Below are positions 50,062-62,960 of a DNA stretch of 64,000 nt, piece after piece. The position numbers and the translations under genes are program-made. The notes below the pieces were generated by a model. It was not told the DNA's origin. It did not search any database and worked only from the letters and a program-made list of their open reading frames with translations. How positions within the stretch are numbered: position 1 is the first letter of the stretch; each line of letters starts with the position of its first letter. Source of the DNA: Octopus bimaculoides (Eukaryota); assembly GCF_001194135.2 (NCBI RefSeq), contig NC_068983.1, forward strand, positions 42,496,189 to 42,560,188, read 5' to 3'.

Positions 50062-50257
50062 TGATATATATATATATATATATACACACACATGATAGGC
50101 TTCTTTCAGTTTCTGTCTATCAAATTCACTCACAACGCTTTGGTCGGCCTGAGGCTATAGTAAAAGACACTTGCTCAAGGTGCCACACAACAGGACTGAA
50201 CTCGGGACCATGTGGTTAGGAAGCAAGCTTCTTACCACACAGCCACGCATGCACCTT
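49640..50257 (-). mobile_element. Family B SINE with duplicated 5' (head) half
   Basis: The head segment occurs twice (about 49858-50017 and 50093-50252), separated by (TA)n(CA)n. Confidence 0.85.
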
Positions 50258-50376
50258 CAAGGTTTTTACATGATTCTCAACTTTACAAAAAGAATAAAGA
50301 AATTAGAAAAATTAAAAGGAAGAGACAGTCCTTGTATGTAGCATAACTGAATAACTATCTCAGTGGCTGAATGTAA

Positions 50377-50409
<33 letters not shown>

Positions 50410-50833
50410 AGTACCTGAAAGTGGCTCTGAACCCCATATGATGGTCACTGATAACACACTGGTATTTCACAGTTACTAGTGGTGGTGGTGGTGGTGGGAG
50501 CGGTGAGGATGGTGGAAATACTGAACTGTTTAATGGTTATGACAATTTGAACTATGACTAACTTCAAACACACACACACACACATACATACACAGCATGT
50601 ATGCGAGTAGGAGTATGTGTGTGTTTATGGAACATCTAAGAGTGTGTGTGAATGTTTATGAGTGGGTGCACAAGTGTTGTTGCTTAACCCCAGGTCATCT
50701 CTAAATCAATCTGAGCTATGATCAGAATGTCCCTGCCATGCCCATCCTATCTTTACGTTTGTATTTTCAAAAAATATTTTCAGATGTGTTCTTCCTTTTG
50801 ATAAAACTGCTACGGTGAGTTAAAAGTGTGTGC

Positions 50834-50873
<40 letters not shown>

Positions 50874-50902
50874 CAGCAAAAGAAATAGTGTGTGTGTATA
50901 TG

Positions 50903-51300
50903 TTTAACCCTTTAGCATTTGGGTTTCTGTCAAATGTAATGCTTATCTATTCAGCCCCTGTGCCAATGGCATGTAAAAAGCACCATTTGAATGAGGCCAA
51001 TGCGAGTGCTGCCTGACTGGCTCCTGTGCTGGTGGCACATAAAAAGCACCCACTACACTCTCAGAGTGGCTGGCGTTAGGAAGGGCATCATCCAGCTGTA
51101 GAAACATTGCCAGATCAAATGGAGCCTGGTGCAGCTGCTGGCTTTCCAAACCTCAGTCAAACCGTCAAACCCATGCCAGCATGAAAAACGGACATTAAAC
51201 GATGATGATGATGATGATGATGGTTATGATGATTGCTTTGAATTGATCCTGCATTATCTTCTAGCTTTGAGATTTCAGAGATGTCACTGTTTACTTGAAG
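50903..51300 (-). mobile_element. MITE P2 (TTAACCCTTT terminus) interrupted by a family A insertion
   Basis: P2 end at 50903-50953; P2 continues at 51235-51300, homologous to 23915-24060 in reverse. Confidence 0.55.
50955..51230 (+). mobile_element. Family A element
   Basis: Complete A body; CCATGCCAGCATGAAAAACGGACATTAAAC(GAT)n. Confidence 0.85.
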
Positions 51301-52118
51301 ATGATGATGATGATGATGATTTATTCCATTTTGGAGAAACAAAAGTAAAACTGAATACTGGCAACATCTGAACCTGGAACAGCAAGGTATGCAACTAGAT
51401 ACATGTTAGTCTGCAATGCTACATTCTTGGCCATTTCGCATCTCTCTCTCTCTCTCTGCAACATTAGCAATAGCGATTATAATGCAAGTAGTAAGTTTGG
51501 CACCACCGCATCGAGGAATCCCCTACCCCTACCACCATGGCCACCTTCATACTCCCAACACATCACCTCCACCATTGACCCATGCCACCACCAACACCAA
51601 TACCCAAGCAGTATTTATGATAACATTCCTAATCATATACATATATATGTATATATTTATATACATATGTACACACCATTAGTCTTTTACACAGCTGTTT
51701 AAAGAGAAGAAAAACTGTTTATATTCTACATACAACAAAACAAAACATATGCCGCCACCACCATGTCTAACTAATTTTAGACACATTAATAACACAACAA
51801 CTTTTCATGGGCCTTGAATGTGTATGTGTGTGTGTCTGTTTTTCCATAATCCTTAATACACCATGGTCCTATATATTCATGTTACTGGCCCACAACAGTG
51901 GATGCCGTAAGTAACTGAGGAAGAGATATCGACCTTCAATAATTATAGCCGTTTGCACAACTATTTTAAGACAAGGAAAGCTGTATTCCGCATACAGAAA
52001 ACAAAACTCAAAACTTCTGCTACAATCATTATGTATAATTATTTCTACATACAGATTATTAACACAACAATATGCTACAGGTTGTACACACACACACAAA
52101 CACATATATTTATAAGTC

Positions 52119-52149
<31 letters not shown>

Positions 52150-52460
52150 CGTCATCGTCGTTTAACGTCCGCTTTCCATGCTAGCATGGATCAGACGATT
52201 TGACTGAGGACTGGTGAAACCAGATGGCTACACCAGGCTCCAATCTGATTTGGCAGAGTTTCTACAGCTGGATGCCCTTCCTAACGCCAACCACTCCAAG
52301 AGTGTAGTGGGTGCTTTTACGTGCCCGCGGCACGAAGGCCAGTCAGGCGGTACTGGCAACATCCATGCTCAAAATGGTGTATTTTACGTGCCACCTGCAC
52401 AGGAGCCAGTTCTGCGGCACTGGCAACGATCTCGCTCAAATGTCTTTACACGTGCCATTA
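52150..52460 (-). mobile_element. Family A element, well conserved
   Basis: CGTCGTTTAACGTCCGCTTTCCATGCTAGCATGG...; two internal units. Confidence 0.85.
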
Positions 52461-53334
52461 TGCAGTTGTTTTGACCAATTAGAAACGTTTATTCATTATA
52501 CTTTTCAATTTATTTTACCTTTCGTCTCAGTATTACCTGAGCACTTTCATCTGCAGTCCTATTTTTATTCTTCAATTTGACAAAATTATAAGATTATCTT
52601 CATATATATATATAAATATATTTATGCATGCATGTCTGTGTGTGTGTGTATATATCAATGTTTGTTTTTAATGTCAAGTTATAAAAACAATTTAACATTA
52701 ATCTGAAGGACTTTTAATACAGTAATATATTTGTTATACTTCAAAGTCACTGTCAACCTTTCCCCATTCCGTGAACCTGCATATTTTGTTAGCCAACCTT
52801 AACAATAAATGCCTTAGTATTCAGATTAAAAAAAAAACAAAACAAAAAAGGATTAATATTCAGGAATTAATCCAATAATCTAGCTAATCTCAATTTTGTA
52901 CTTCATCCTTCCGATTCAATAAAGAAATGTTCCAACCGGTCGATATAATCAACTGTTTCCAAACCCCAATATTTGTGGCATTGATCCCGCGTTAAAAATC
53001 AATAATTAATACAACAGATCAAAGCAGATTGATAGAAATAGAAATTGATTTTTAGAGAGATCTAATCAGCTGGCAACCAACTGTACTCCATTGATGAAAT
53101 ATGGGTTTTAGACAACAAATTCTGGGGTCAGGAACAACAAGATATATTGGACCCAATACAGCACTGGTACAGTATTTTATTGATTGCAGAATGATGGTGC
53201 AGTCCACCTTAGATGCATTATCCCTGAACATTACTGTCTTGGTTTCCATGGTGTATAAGTGACTAAGATCATGAAATTTCCCCATCATAATCTTTTATTT
53301 TATGTTCCTTTTTTTCCTCTCTTTTTGTCAATAA

Positions 53335-53620
53335 AGGAATGGATCAGGGGATTCTTGGTGCAATATTCTTATGGCCAGATGCCCACCCTGGTGCAAAAGA
53401 CTCGTTTTCAAGTATGGTACTGATTTTACATACTATTGCACATCAAAGTGCCACGATGCAAGATGTACTATTTACAAGAAGTGGGGTGGGTAAAGAAATG
53501 TTACTGCTGCCCAAACAGCATCAAGATGAAGATGTGAGGTGGTACACACACGTACATAGATACACAACAGGCTTTCATACAGTTACCATTTACTAAATTT
53601 CACTTGCAGGTGATTAATCA
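53335..53620 (-). mobile_element. Family F element, degenerate
   Basis: GGCCAGATGCCCACCCTG...TTTTCAAGTATGGTA...TACACAACAGGCTTTCATACAGTTACC. Confidence 0.45.
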
Positions 53621-54324
53621 ACACCTTTTCATTCATTTGCAATATTCTTTTGAAATTTGGCAGTACACCTGAACTAAAGATATAACTAGAAGTATAGGGG
53701 AAAAAAATTGTATTCAGGTTACACTGTGGGACTCCTAACATACTGGTTGTGGAGCACTGCTACAATAGAAAACACTCGCCGAAGGTACGAGATAGTGGGA
53801 TAGAACATGAAACTCTGTTTTCGGGAAGTATAACCGCTTAGCCACAATGACATGCTCATAGATATTTCAAAGTTGACGGCCAACTCTGAGCTTCACCATT
53901 TTTAACTGGGATGTTCATGACAGTCAAAAACAGCCCAGCTAAGTGGGGAAACTCAGAGTACAACTTGGATCTACCCTACATATCAAGTTCTAAACCAGAT
54001 AATGTTTGTACTGTGTAATATATATTATAAATATGGAGCAAGTAATTCAGGAAAAAATATTTGCAAAGATATCACTGACTCTATTAATATCTAGTGTAAC
54101 AATTTTAAAATGATAACAATAGAATCAATAATATAGGCAGTTGATTTCTTAGCCAGTTTGCCTTTAGACGATTGATTTCTGTAGTTATCATCAGTGTATT
54201 TTGGCGATTTAAATAAGAGTTTTTTGACTGTTATTTCCAGCAGGTAGACATACTTAGCATGTCCTTTGATATATTATAGATAGATTTTACTACTGTTGCA
54301 CTACTATATATGTGCATGAACATG

Positions 54325-54722
54325 TGTGGCTGCGTGGTAAGAAATTTGCTTCTCAACCACGTGGTCCTGGGTTCAGTCCCACTGCATGGCACCTTGGGCA
54401 AATATCTTCTACTATAGCCATGAGCTGACCCAAAGCCTTGTTAGTGGATATAGTGGATGGAAATTGAAAGAAGTCTGTCACATATTTACGTGTGCATGTA
54501 TGTGTGTGTGTGTGTGTGTGCATGTATGTATAGTTTGCCCCCCAACCACCACTTGACAACTGGTGGTTGGTGTGTTCATGTTCCCGCAACTTAGCAGTTT
54601 GGCAACATTGGCCAATAAAATAAGTACTAGGCTTAAAAAAAAAATACATGACTCAATTCATTCACCTGAAATTCTTCAAGGCAGTGACCCAGCATGGCTA
54701 TGGTCTAATGACTGAAACAAAA
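54325..54722 (+). mobile_element. Family B SINE, full length
   Basis: GTGGCTGCGTGGTAAG ... GGTCTAATGACTGAAACAAAAGA. Confidence 0.85.
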
Positions 54723-55314
54723 GACGTGACTGGGTATATAGGTGTGTCTGTAATGAAACATACCAGTCAGTAACTGTACTGTATTGATTCTGTCAACTGC
54801 AGAGGGGTAACAATGCACACCTACTATTACTACTACTACTACTACTACATACAATTTGGCACCATATAAAAGGCGAGAGTTAATATGATTTGAACTATGG
54901 ACTGACTGGATAATATTGGACAGAAACCAAGGCTGCCAGGATATTGGAAGCAAAGAAAACAAATAAAAACACAAGGAGGACGGCTAGTTTGGCTTAGAGC
55001 AGGAAATGATGGTGGTGGTGGTGGTGAAGGAGGAGGAGGAGGAGACAATGCATGTGAAATTTTGTGTGGGTATGTGTAGTTAAATAGAAGAGGAAATTAG
55101 AATGGAATCAGAGAGGTAGATACAACAACAAATAGTAACGCCTGTAGCTTATCAATAACAATTTTGGGATGCAAATGACCTTTGGATGTCAGAGGTCATT
55201 CCTCTGAGTAGATATAGTTTTTTTTTTGATTTTTCTTTTTTTTTGTAGTTTTTTTTTCCCTAGAGAGTCAGCGACATGTGCATGAGAAATAAAACCTCTG
55301 TCCTACACAACAAC

Positions 55315-55585
55315 AGCTACGACTACCCTCATACTACTACTACTACTCCCAACATCCCACTAGTACCACAACCATTCCACCACCAACTGCAACCATCACA
55401 ATTGCTTTCACCACAACTACAACCTACAACACCATCAACCCCATCCCTCCCCCACCACCACCACTAACCAGTACTACTATCACATTCACATTAACCCTAC
55501 TACCACCACTGCCGCCATATTACCATAAACCACTACAACCACATTGCTGCTATCATCGCCACAACCACCACCACCACCACTGTGA
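55315..55585. repeat. (ACT/ACC/AAC)n low-complexity tract
   Basis: Direct reading. Confidence 0.75.
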
Positions 55586-55805
55586 AACTACAAAAATTAT
55601 TAAGAAAAATACTAACACTAACTAATGTAGTTTTTTATTTTGCCAGAGGGGCAGCAAAGTAAGAACATTACAAAAACTGAATCGCAGAATAGTAGAGAGA
55701 GAGAGAAGGAAGAGATTTTACACTGAATCCCTCCAGAGCACATTTATAAGAATTACCTCTCAGCAAGGCAGTGCTCCAGCATGATCACAACCAGTGAAAA
55801 TAGCC

Positions 55806-55834
<29 letters not shown>

Positions 55835-55839
<5 letters not shown>

Positions 55840-56493
55840 GTTTCAAATTTTGCCACAAGTACAGCCATTTTGGGGGAGGGGATAAGTCTATTACATCCAC
55901 CCCAGTGTTCAACTGGTACTTAATTTATTGCACCTCCCACCCCAAAAAAGGATGAAAAGCAAAATCAACCTCAGCAGAATTTGAACTCAGAATGTAGCAG
56001 CAGATGAAATGCCACTAAGCATTCCGACCAGAGCGCTAACGATTCTGCCAGCTCACTGCCCTAATAATAATAATAATAATAATAAGGCATCAAGAGGAAT
56101 ATAAAGGAAATGGGAATAGAGTGCCCAGTAGAACTGTTCCAAAAGTTTGTCTCCTTGGAAAAGTATTAAATAGTTGAAGAGAACAGACAGCAAGGTACCA
56201 CAGGCTGCAGCTAGCAAGCCCGCTACATATTCAAGACCCCAGGAGTTCCAACAAAACCTGAGTTCAAAGAACGATGATGGCAACTCTTTCCGCTATGAAC
56301 AAAAAACCTGAAATTTTGGGGGAGTGGACTTACAAGACTACATTGATTCCAGTGTTCAGTAGGTACTTAATTCATCGACCTCCAAAAGGACAAAAGACAA
56401 AATCAGCCTCAACAGAATTTGAACTCAGAACGCAAAGAGTTGGAAGACACATGTTAGGCATTTTGCCAGACATGCTAACAATTCTGCTCACCT

Positions 56494-56495
<2 letters not shown>
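55835..56495 (-). mobile_element. Two family C SINEs (about 55835-56062 and 56300-56492) bracketed by (AAT)n
   Basis: Family C tail, central domain and head in reverse, each abutting (AAT)n. Confidence 0.8.
56083..56300 (+). mobile_element. Possible 3' end of an R4/Dong-clade LINE inserted at (TAA)n
   Basis: Follows (AAT)n directly. Decayed peptide MGIECPVELFQK-(V)CLLG resembles the recalled QKxxLLGTARILR C-terminus of R4/Dong ORFs. Confidence 0.4.
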
Positions 56496-56525
<30 letters not shown>

Positions 56526-57274
56526 TGCTGCTGATGACTGAGTAGACAACAAAGCAAGAAATATCATTGCAGTTAGAACAAAGTGTCCAATTCACAGGGA
56601 AGGTGGTATCTATGGGGGGATGGAAGGGGATAGAAAAAGGGAAGGTGTGCCATTGAGAAAAATGTGACTTTATGACATTCATAATTTTCTCAAGGGCATC
56701 AGTGGGGGTGGGGTAAGGAGTTGGAAGTGGTTGGGGTTAGGCATTTAAATCACTGATATGAATATCAACAGGATCAGCCAAGATGTTGCAAGCCCCTACC
56801 CCCACCCCCCACCTCAGTTGCCACCCAAATTGTAAGAAATAGCAGCTATTTCACCCTGAAATCGCACACCCTAAACTCTTAAGGAAAAAAAAAAAAAAAA
56901 AAAAAAAGGAAGTTTCCATACATATATTAGGCAATCTGTGTTGTGTAAAAATGCCGGGGTGTTGGCCAAAGGTGGAAAGCCTCTGATGATAGGTCACCTC
57001 AATGAGTGAGAATGAGCCTGAGAATAATCAGCATCGACAACAAAACTCAGCCACCACAAACAAGAATTATGAACTAAACTACGGTTGATATCAAAGAAAT
57101 ATATTGGTAAAGAACTTTCATCTTCGATGAGACAAATGGGAAAAACATAAAATGTTTGTGTGTGCGTGTGAGTGTATATATATATATATATCTGCACATG
57201 TACACTCCCTCATACACAGAAACAAAAGTATATACACTCACACAATTGTATGTACATGCATGCGTGTATGTATG

Positions 57275-57327
<53 letters not shown>

Positions 57328-57329
57328 CA

Positions 57330-57435
57330 GTTTGTAGCCTGGTGTAGCCATCTGGTTCGCCAGTCCTCAGTCAAATCGTCCAACCCATGCTAGCATGGTA
57401 AGCGGACGTTAAACGACGATGATGAGGATGATGAT
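57330..57435 (+). mobile_element. Short family A 3' end
   Basis: CAGTCAAATCGTCCAACCCATGCTAGCATGGTAAGCGGACGTTAAACGACGATGATG. Confidence 0.8.
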
Positions 57436-57754
57436 ATATATATATATATATATGTTATATTAGCATGGAAGGCAAATGCTAAATGATGATGACGATATAT
57501 ATACCTGCCCCTGTACACATGCAGATATATATATATATATATATATATACATACACACACAAACACACATGATGTTGTGTCTATATTTATATATCTCCAA
57601 CTCTGTGTGTGTGTGTGGGTGTTTAATGTGCAATGTTTCTATTTATAACAGCATCTGTATATGGAGGTGTGTAGGAATATGTCTTCTAAATCCAAATGGT
57701 AATTGGCCGAACAGGAAATGATTAAGTGTCAATGATTGTAATCTTAATGAGGAA

Positions 57755-57787
<33 letters not shown>

Positions 57788-57914
57788 GTTGATCGAGAAC
57801 ACAAAACTATAAGTTAAGCACCCATGTATGTAGCAGAGGCTGTTACAATTTTGGCAAGGTACCCACTACATTCATATACAAAAATAAATCCTCTTTGACA
57901 TTGATGATAATAAT

Positions 57915-59150
57915 AATAACAATCTTTTCTACTCTAGGCACAAGGCGAGAAATTTTGGCGGAGGGGGCCAGTTGATTAGATCAACCCCAGTACACAACTG
58001 ATACTTAATTTATCGATCCTGAAAGGATGAAAGGTAAAGTCAACCTTGGCGGAATTTGAACTCAGAATGTAGCGACATGCGAAATACCACTAAGCATTTC
58101 NNNNNNNNNNNNNNNNNNNNNNNNNNNNNNNNNNNNNNNNNNNNNNNNNNNNNNNNNNNNNNNNNNNNNNNNNNNNNNNNNNNNNNNNNNNNNNNNNNNN
58201 NNNNNNNNNNNNNNNNNNNNNNNNNNNNNNNNNNNNNNNNNNNNNNNNNNNNNNNNNNNNNNNNNNNNNNGGGGGGGGGGGCTAGTGGATTACATCGACC
58301 TCAGAGTTCAACTGGTACTTATTCAATCGACCCCAAAAGGATGAAGGGCAAAGTCAAATGCAGCAGAATTTGAACTCTGAGCGTAGAGGCACACAAATTG
58401 TCATTAAGCATTCTACCAGCTCACGACTTTAATAATTATAATAATAATTTTTTCTACAGGGAAACATCAGGCCTCAAATTCAGGGGAAAGGATTAAGTCG
58501 ATCATACCGACACCAGTATGTAACTGGTACTTATTTAATCGACCCCCGAAAGGATGAAAGGTAAAGTCAACCTTGGCGGAATTTGAACTCAGAATGTAGC
58601 GACATGCGAAATACCACTAAGCATTTCGCCCAGCGTGCTAACAATTCTGCCAACTTGCCACCTTAATAATGATAATAATATTAACATTCTATTCTACTCT
58701 AGATGCAAGGCCCGATATTTTTGGGAAGTGAGCCAGTTGATTAGATCGACCCCGGTATGCAACTGGTACCTAATTTATCAAACCCGAAGGGATGAAAGGC
58801 AAAGTCAACCTCGGTGGAATTTGAACTCACAGCGTCAAGATAGATGAAATACCACTAAGCATTTCACCCGGCATGCTAAAAATTCTGCCAGCCCATTGCC
58901 TTAATAGTGATGATAATAATAATAATAATAATAATAACAATAATAATCATTTAATGCCTGTTTTCCATGCTGGCATAGGTTGGACAGCTTGCAGGAGGAA
59001 ACAGTTAATTATATCGACAAGTGCTTGACTGTTAATTGTTTTATCAACACCAGAAGGTTGAGCAAAAGGCAAAGTTAAACAATTTGAAATTAGAATGTGA
59101 AAAGTGATAACTAAATATCACCAGACATCTTGTCAGGAGCTCTAACAATT
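57915..59150 (-). mobile_element. Head-to-tail array of about five family C SINEs (one N gap, one A-tail fragment)
   Basis: Copies at about 57925, 58271, 58455, 58690 and 58995, most joined by (AAT)n. Confidence 0.8.
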
Positions 59151-59244
59151 CTGTCCCACGTCCACCCTCCAAACATAATCACAGTGTTGATGGATAAAAT
59201 AACTGAAAGAAATTAATTTTGTTTTGGTTTGGTTTCAAAAGACA

Positions 59245-60000
59245 GGTGCAGGTATGGCTGTGTGGTGTAAGAAACTTGCTTCTCAACCACATGGTTCTGG
59301 GTTCAGTCCCACTGCAGGACACTATTATAGCCTCAAGCTGACTAACGCCTTGTGAGAGAATTTGGTAGAAACTGAAAGAAGCCTGTCGTGTATGTATATG
59401 TGTCTGCTATTTGTCCATCACCACTCGACAACAACCAGTGTTTGTGTCTTTACACCCCACCTCCATAACTTAGCAGTCTGACAAAAGAAACTGATAGAAT
59501 ATGTACCATTCTTAAGTTAACAAAAAAAAATGTACTGGGATCGATTCACTTGACTAAAAGTTCTTGAAGGTGGTACCCCAGTATGGCTGCAGTTTGATGA
59601 TTAAAAAAAGATAATGTATACATATTGTGTGGGTAGAGGCCCGGGCGTGGCTGTGTGGTAAGAAGCTTGCTTCCCAACCACACAGTTCCGGGTTCAGTCC
59701 CACTGCATAACACCTTGAACAAGTGTATTCTACTATAGCCTTGGGCCAACCAAAGCCTTGCGAGTGGATCTGGTAGGTGGAAAGTTAAAGAAGCCCATCG
59801 TATATATGTTCCACCCCACCCACCATCGCTTGACAACCAATGTTGGTGTGTTTACATCCCCATAATTTGGTGGTAAGGCAAAAGAACCCGATAGAATAAG
59901 TACTAGGCTTACAAAGAATAAACCCTGGGATCAATTTGTTTGACTAAAGACAGAGCTCCAGAATGATCACACTCAAATGAGTGAAACAAATAAAAAAGAT
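59245..60000 (+). mobile_element. Two tandem family B SINEs (about 59245-59610 and 59640-60000)
   Basis: Two heads (GGCTGTGTGGT...AAG...CTTGCTTC) and two 3' ends. Confidence 0.8.
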
Positions 60001-60034
60001 AATAAAATGCCTACATAAATATAGACACATATGC

Positions 60035-60205
60035 ATCATATTAAGCAAATGTGTTGCATGCATGAGTTCAAATTCTGCTGAGGTCAACTTTGCCTTTCAT
60101 CCTTTTGGGGTCGATAAATTAAGTACCAGTTGCATACTGGTGTCAATCTAATTGACTGGGCTCCTACCCCAAAATTTCAGGCCTTGTGCCTAGAGCAGAA
60201 AAGAA
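60035..60205 (+). mobile_element. Family C SINE
   Basis: GAGTTCAAATTCTGCTGAGGTCAACTTTGCCTTTCATCCTTTTGGGGTCGATAAATTAAGTACCAG...GGCCTTGTGCCTAGAGCAGAAAAG. Confidence 0.85.
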
Positions 60206-61039
60206 TTTATATATATATATGAGCGAATAAGTATTTATACATAGAGAAGTTACCCTTGACAGGACACCTTACATGCTAGAAAGGGCAGCCAAACCCAAAC
60301 TATGAAATGTAATTCCAAAGAGAATGAAAACAAAAAAATTATTTACAGATATATACACTCTTATATATGAAAATATGTTGTCTACTGACTTTTATTATGC
60401 ATGCTAGCCACCGATATGAAAATTTTTCTAAATTTTCTACCCTTATAATTTTCTCAGTAATATATATATATCTTTGATCTTTTGCTTGCTTCAGTCATTA
60501 GATTGCAGTATGCATGCACTCATAAATATACACAATGTTCGTGAGTATGCACACACACTTATGCAACACACACACACTCACATACCTGTGCGTACGAAGG
60601 AGTGCACGTGTTTACACACATACCTGATAAGAAACAATTTAACAGCAACAACAGAAAGAAGAAGAAAAAAAATGTGAATGCTGGAGGTTGAGTGAGTTTA
60701 CAGAAAAAGAGAAATTCTCATTATGCCACCTCAGTGGTGGTGGTGGAGAAGGGGGGGGGGAGTAGAGATGAAGGGAACAAAGAAGAACGACAGTGAAACA
60801 GCTCAGTGCTGCCAGTCACCTATAAAAAGTACAAATCTGACCTTCAAACTAACATTGAACTGGTATCTACTTTCACCTACACTTGTAGCAAGGGGAAATA
60901 AATACGACTGGCACAATGTCTCTGCACAAACACAGAAATGTAATAACCACAACAATATTTGCTGGTGCCCCCCCACACACACAAACACACTTTCACTCTA
61001 TTTTCACTGGCACAAAAATACATGCAAAATTATATATAC

Positions 61040-61256
61040 GTGAGTGCATGTGTTGTGTGCGTGTGTATAATACATATATGCACCATATACATATCTATAT
61101 ATATATATACACACACACACACATATGTACTATAAACAGATACACACAAGTACTATATGTGTGCATATACACACACATGCACTGTATACCTATGTGTGCA
61201 TATATATATATATACACACACATGCACTATATACATATACACACACGTATGCACTA

Positions 61257-61297
<41 letters not shown>

Positions 61298-61512
61298 TAT
61301 ATATATACGCACATACATACTATATGTATGTATATATACACACATGCACTGTATACCTATGTGTGCATATATATATACACACATGCACTATATACATATA
61401 CACACACATGCACTATATATACACACACACACGCACTAAATATATATATAATAATACACACACACATGCCCTATATACATATATACATACATGTACTATA
61501 TACATATACACA
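61040..61512. repeat. Compound (TA/CA/TG) minisatellite with internally duplicated blocks
   Basis: ACACACATGCACTGTATACCTATGTGTGCATATATATAT occurs twice; CACACATGCACTATATA recurs. Confidence 0.8.
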
Positions 61513-62134
61513 AAGAGATTGAGGTTTGTTTTAATGTCAAGTTATATCTAAAAACAATTTAATGTTAAACTCAAGGATCACTCAAATTCTTTTTACAAGA
61601 GTAGAGGTTTATTAATTTTTACAAGGAAAAGTTCGACAGTGACTTCGAAGTTGGTTCATCATCATCACTCTGATGACGACAGGCAAGCTAAAACTTCAAA
61701 AGCTGCTGCTAATCTTTCCCTTACAATGTAATATACATCCTCCACTGTAGCATCCACATCCTTGTTAAGCAAAATCAAAAATGAAAGTAGACACTTTGTG
61801 AAAGCAAATGTAAACATCAGGACAAAAGAAATACTGTACAGAGAGCATGGAGTTGTAAATACTGTAAACATTTAGTGAAATATTGAAAAATATTGAGAGG
61901 TAAACCAAGATGTAATATTATGGGACATGACTGAAAGAACCAAATCAATAATTTTTTTGCCACAAGGACGCCAGTGCAGGTAGCATTATGAGACTGTATT
62001 ACATAAACAGTCAATGTGGCTTTTACGGAGAGTATGAGGAAATGCATGGAAAACAACGCAGAAAAATATGCCTTCATAAGAGAGCAATCATTGAATGCTA
62101 TGAGTGAGCCTCATAAGTTGACTAAACTAGTAAA

Positions 62135-62960
62135 TAATAATCTTTTCTACGAAAAGCACAAGGCCTGAAATTTTTGGGGAGGAGGAAACGCGATCACACA
62201 GACTCCATCTCTTGACTGGTACTTAATTTATTGATCCCCATCCTCCCAAAAAGATGAAAGGCAAAGTCGACTTAATATAATAATAATAATAATGGTTTCT
62301 GGTTTAGATGCAAGACCAGCAATTAAATGGGTGTGTGTGATTAGAGAGGATCATTGACCCTAGCATGTGACTGGTCCTTATTTTATCAACACTGAAAGGA
62401 CAAACAGCAAAGCTGGCCTCGGCTGGATTTGAACTCTGAATGTAAAGAGTCCAAAGAAACATTATTAAGCATTTCTGTCTGATGCATTAATGATTACGCC
62501 ACATCACTGTTCTTAAATCATTCAAATTTCGGTACAAGGACAGCAATTTTAGGGGGAGGAGCTTAACTGCTACCATCAACTATGGTACTTGAGGGGTACT
62601 TTATTTTTATCAACTCTCAATTCCCCCAACCCCCACCCCCTGAAAGGATGGCAGGTAAAATTGACCTTGGCGGCATTTGAACCTTATAGCGAAAGGAATT
62701 CAAAGAAATGCTTCTAAATATTTTGTCCAACATGCTAACAAACCTGCCAGCTCGCTACCTTCAAAAATTATAAATAATGATAACAATAATAATAATAGTA
62801 ATAATAATAATAATAACTGTTTCAAATTCTGGCACAAAGCCAGTAATCTTAATGACAGAAGGGTGCCTAGTCAATACCCGCAATTCCCAACCCCAGTACT
62901 TGACTGATTACTTTATCATATTAACCCCACCACCACAGACAAAAGGCAACACTGACCTCA
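62135..62960 (-). mobile_element. Head-to-tail array of about four degenerate family C SINEs
   Basis: Copies at about 62140, 62295, 62525 and 62820 joined by (AAT)n-like spacers. Confidence 0.75.

Noticed and set aside
55174-55200. TGACCT-N11-AGGTCA nuclear-receptor-like everted repeat
   Set aside because: Short, atypical spacing, likely chance.
56700-56815. G-rich/C-rich inverted pair and G-quadruplex potential
   Set aside because: Low-complexity match of about 17 bp with no supporting context.
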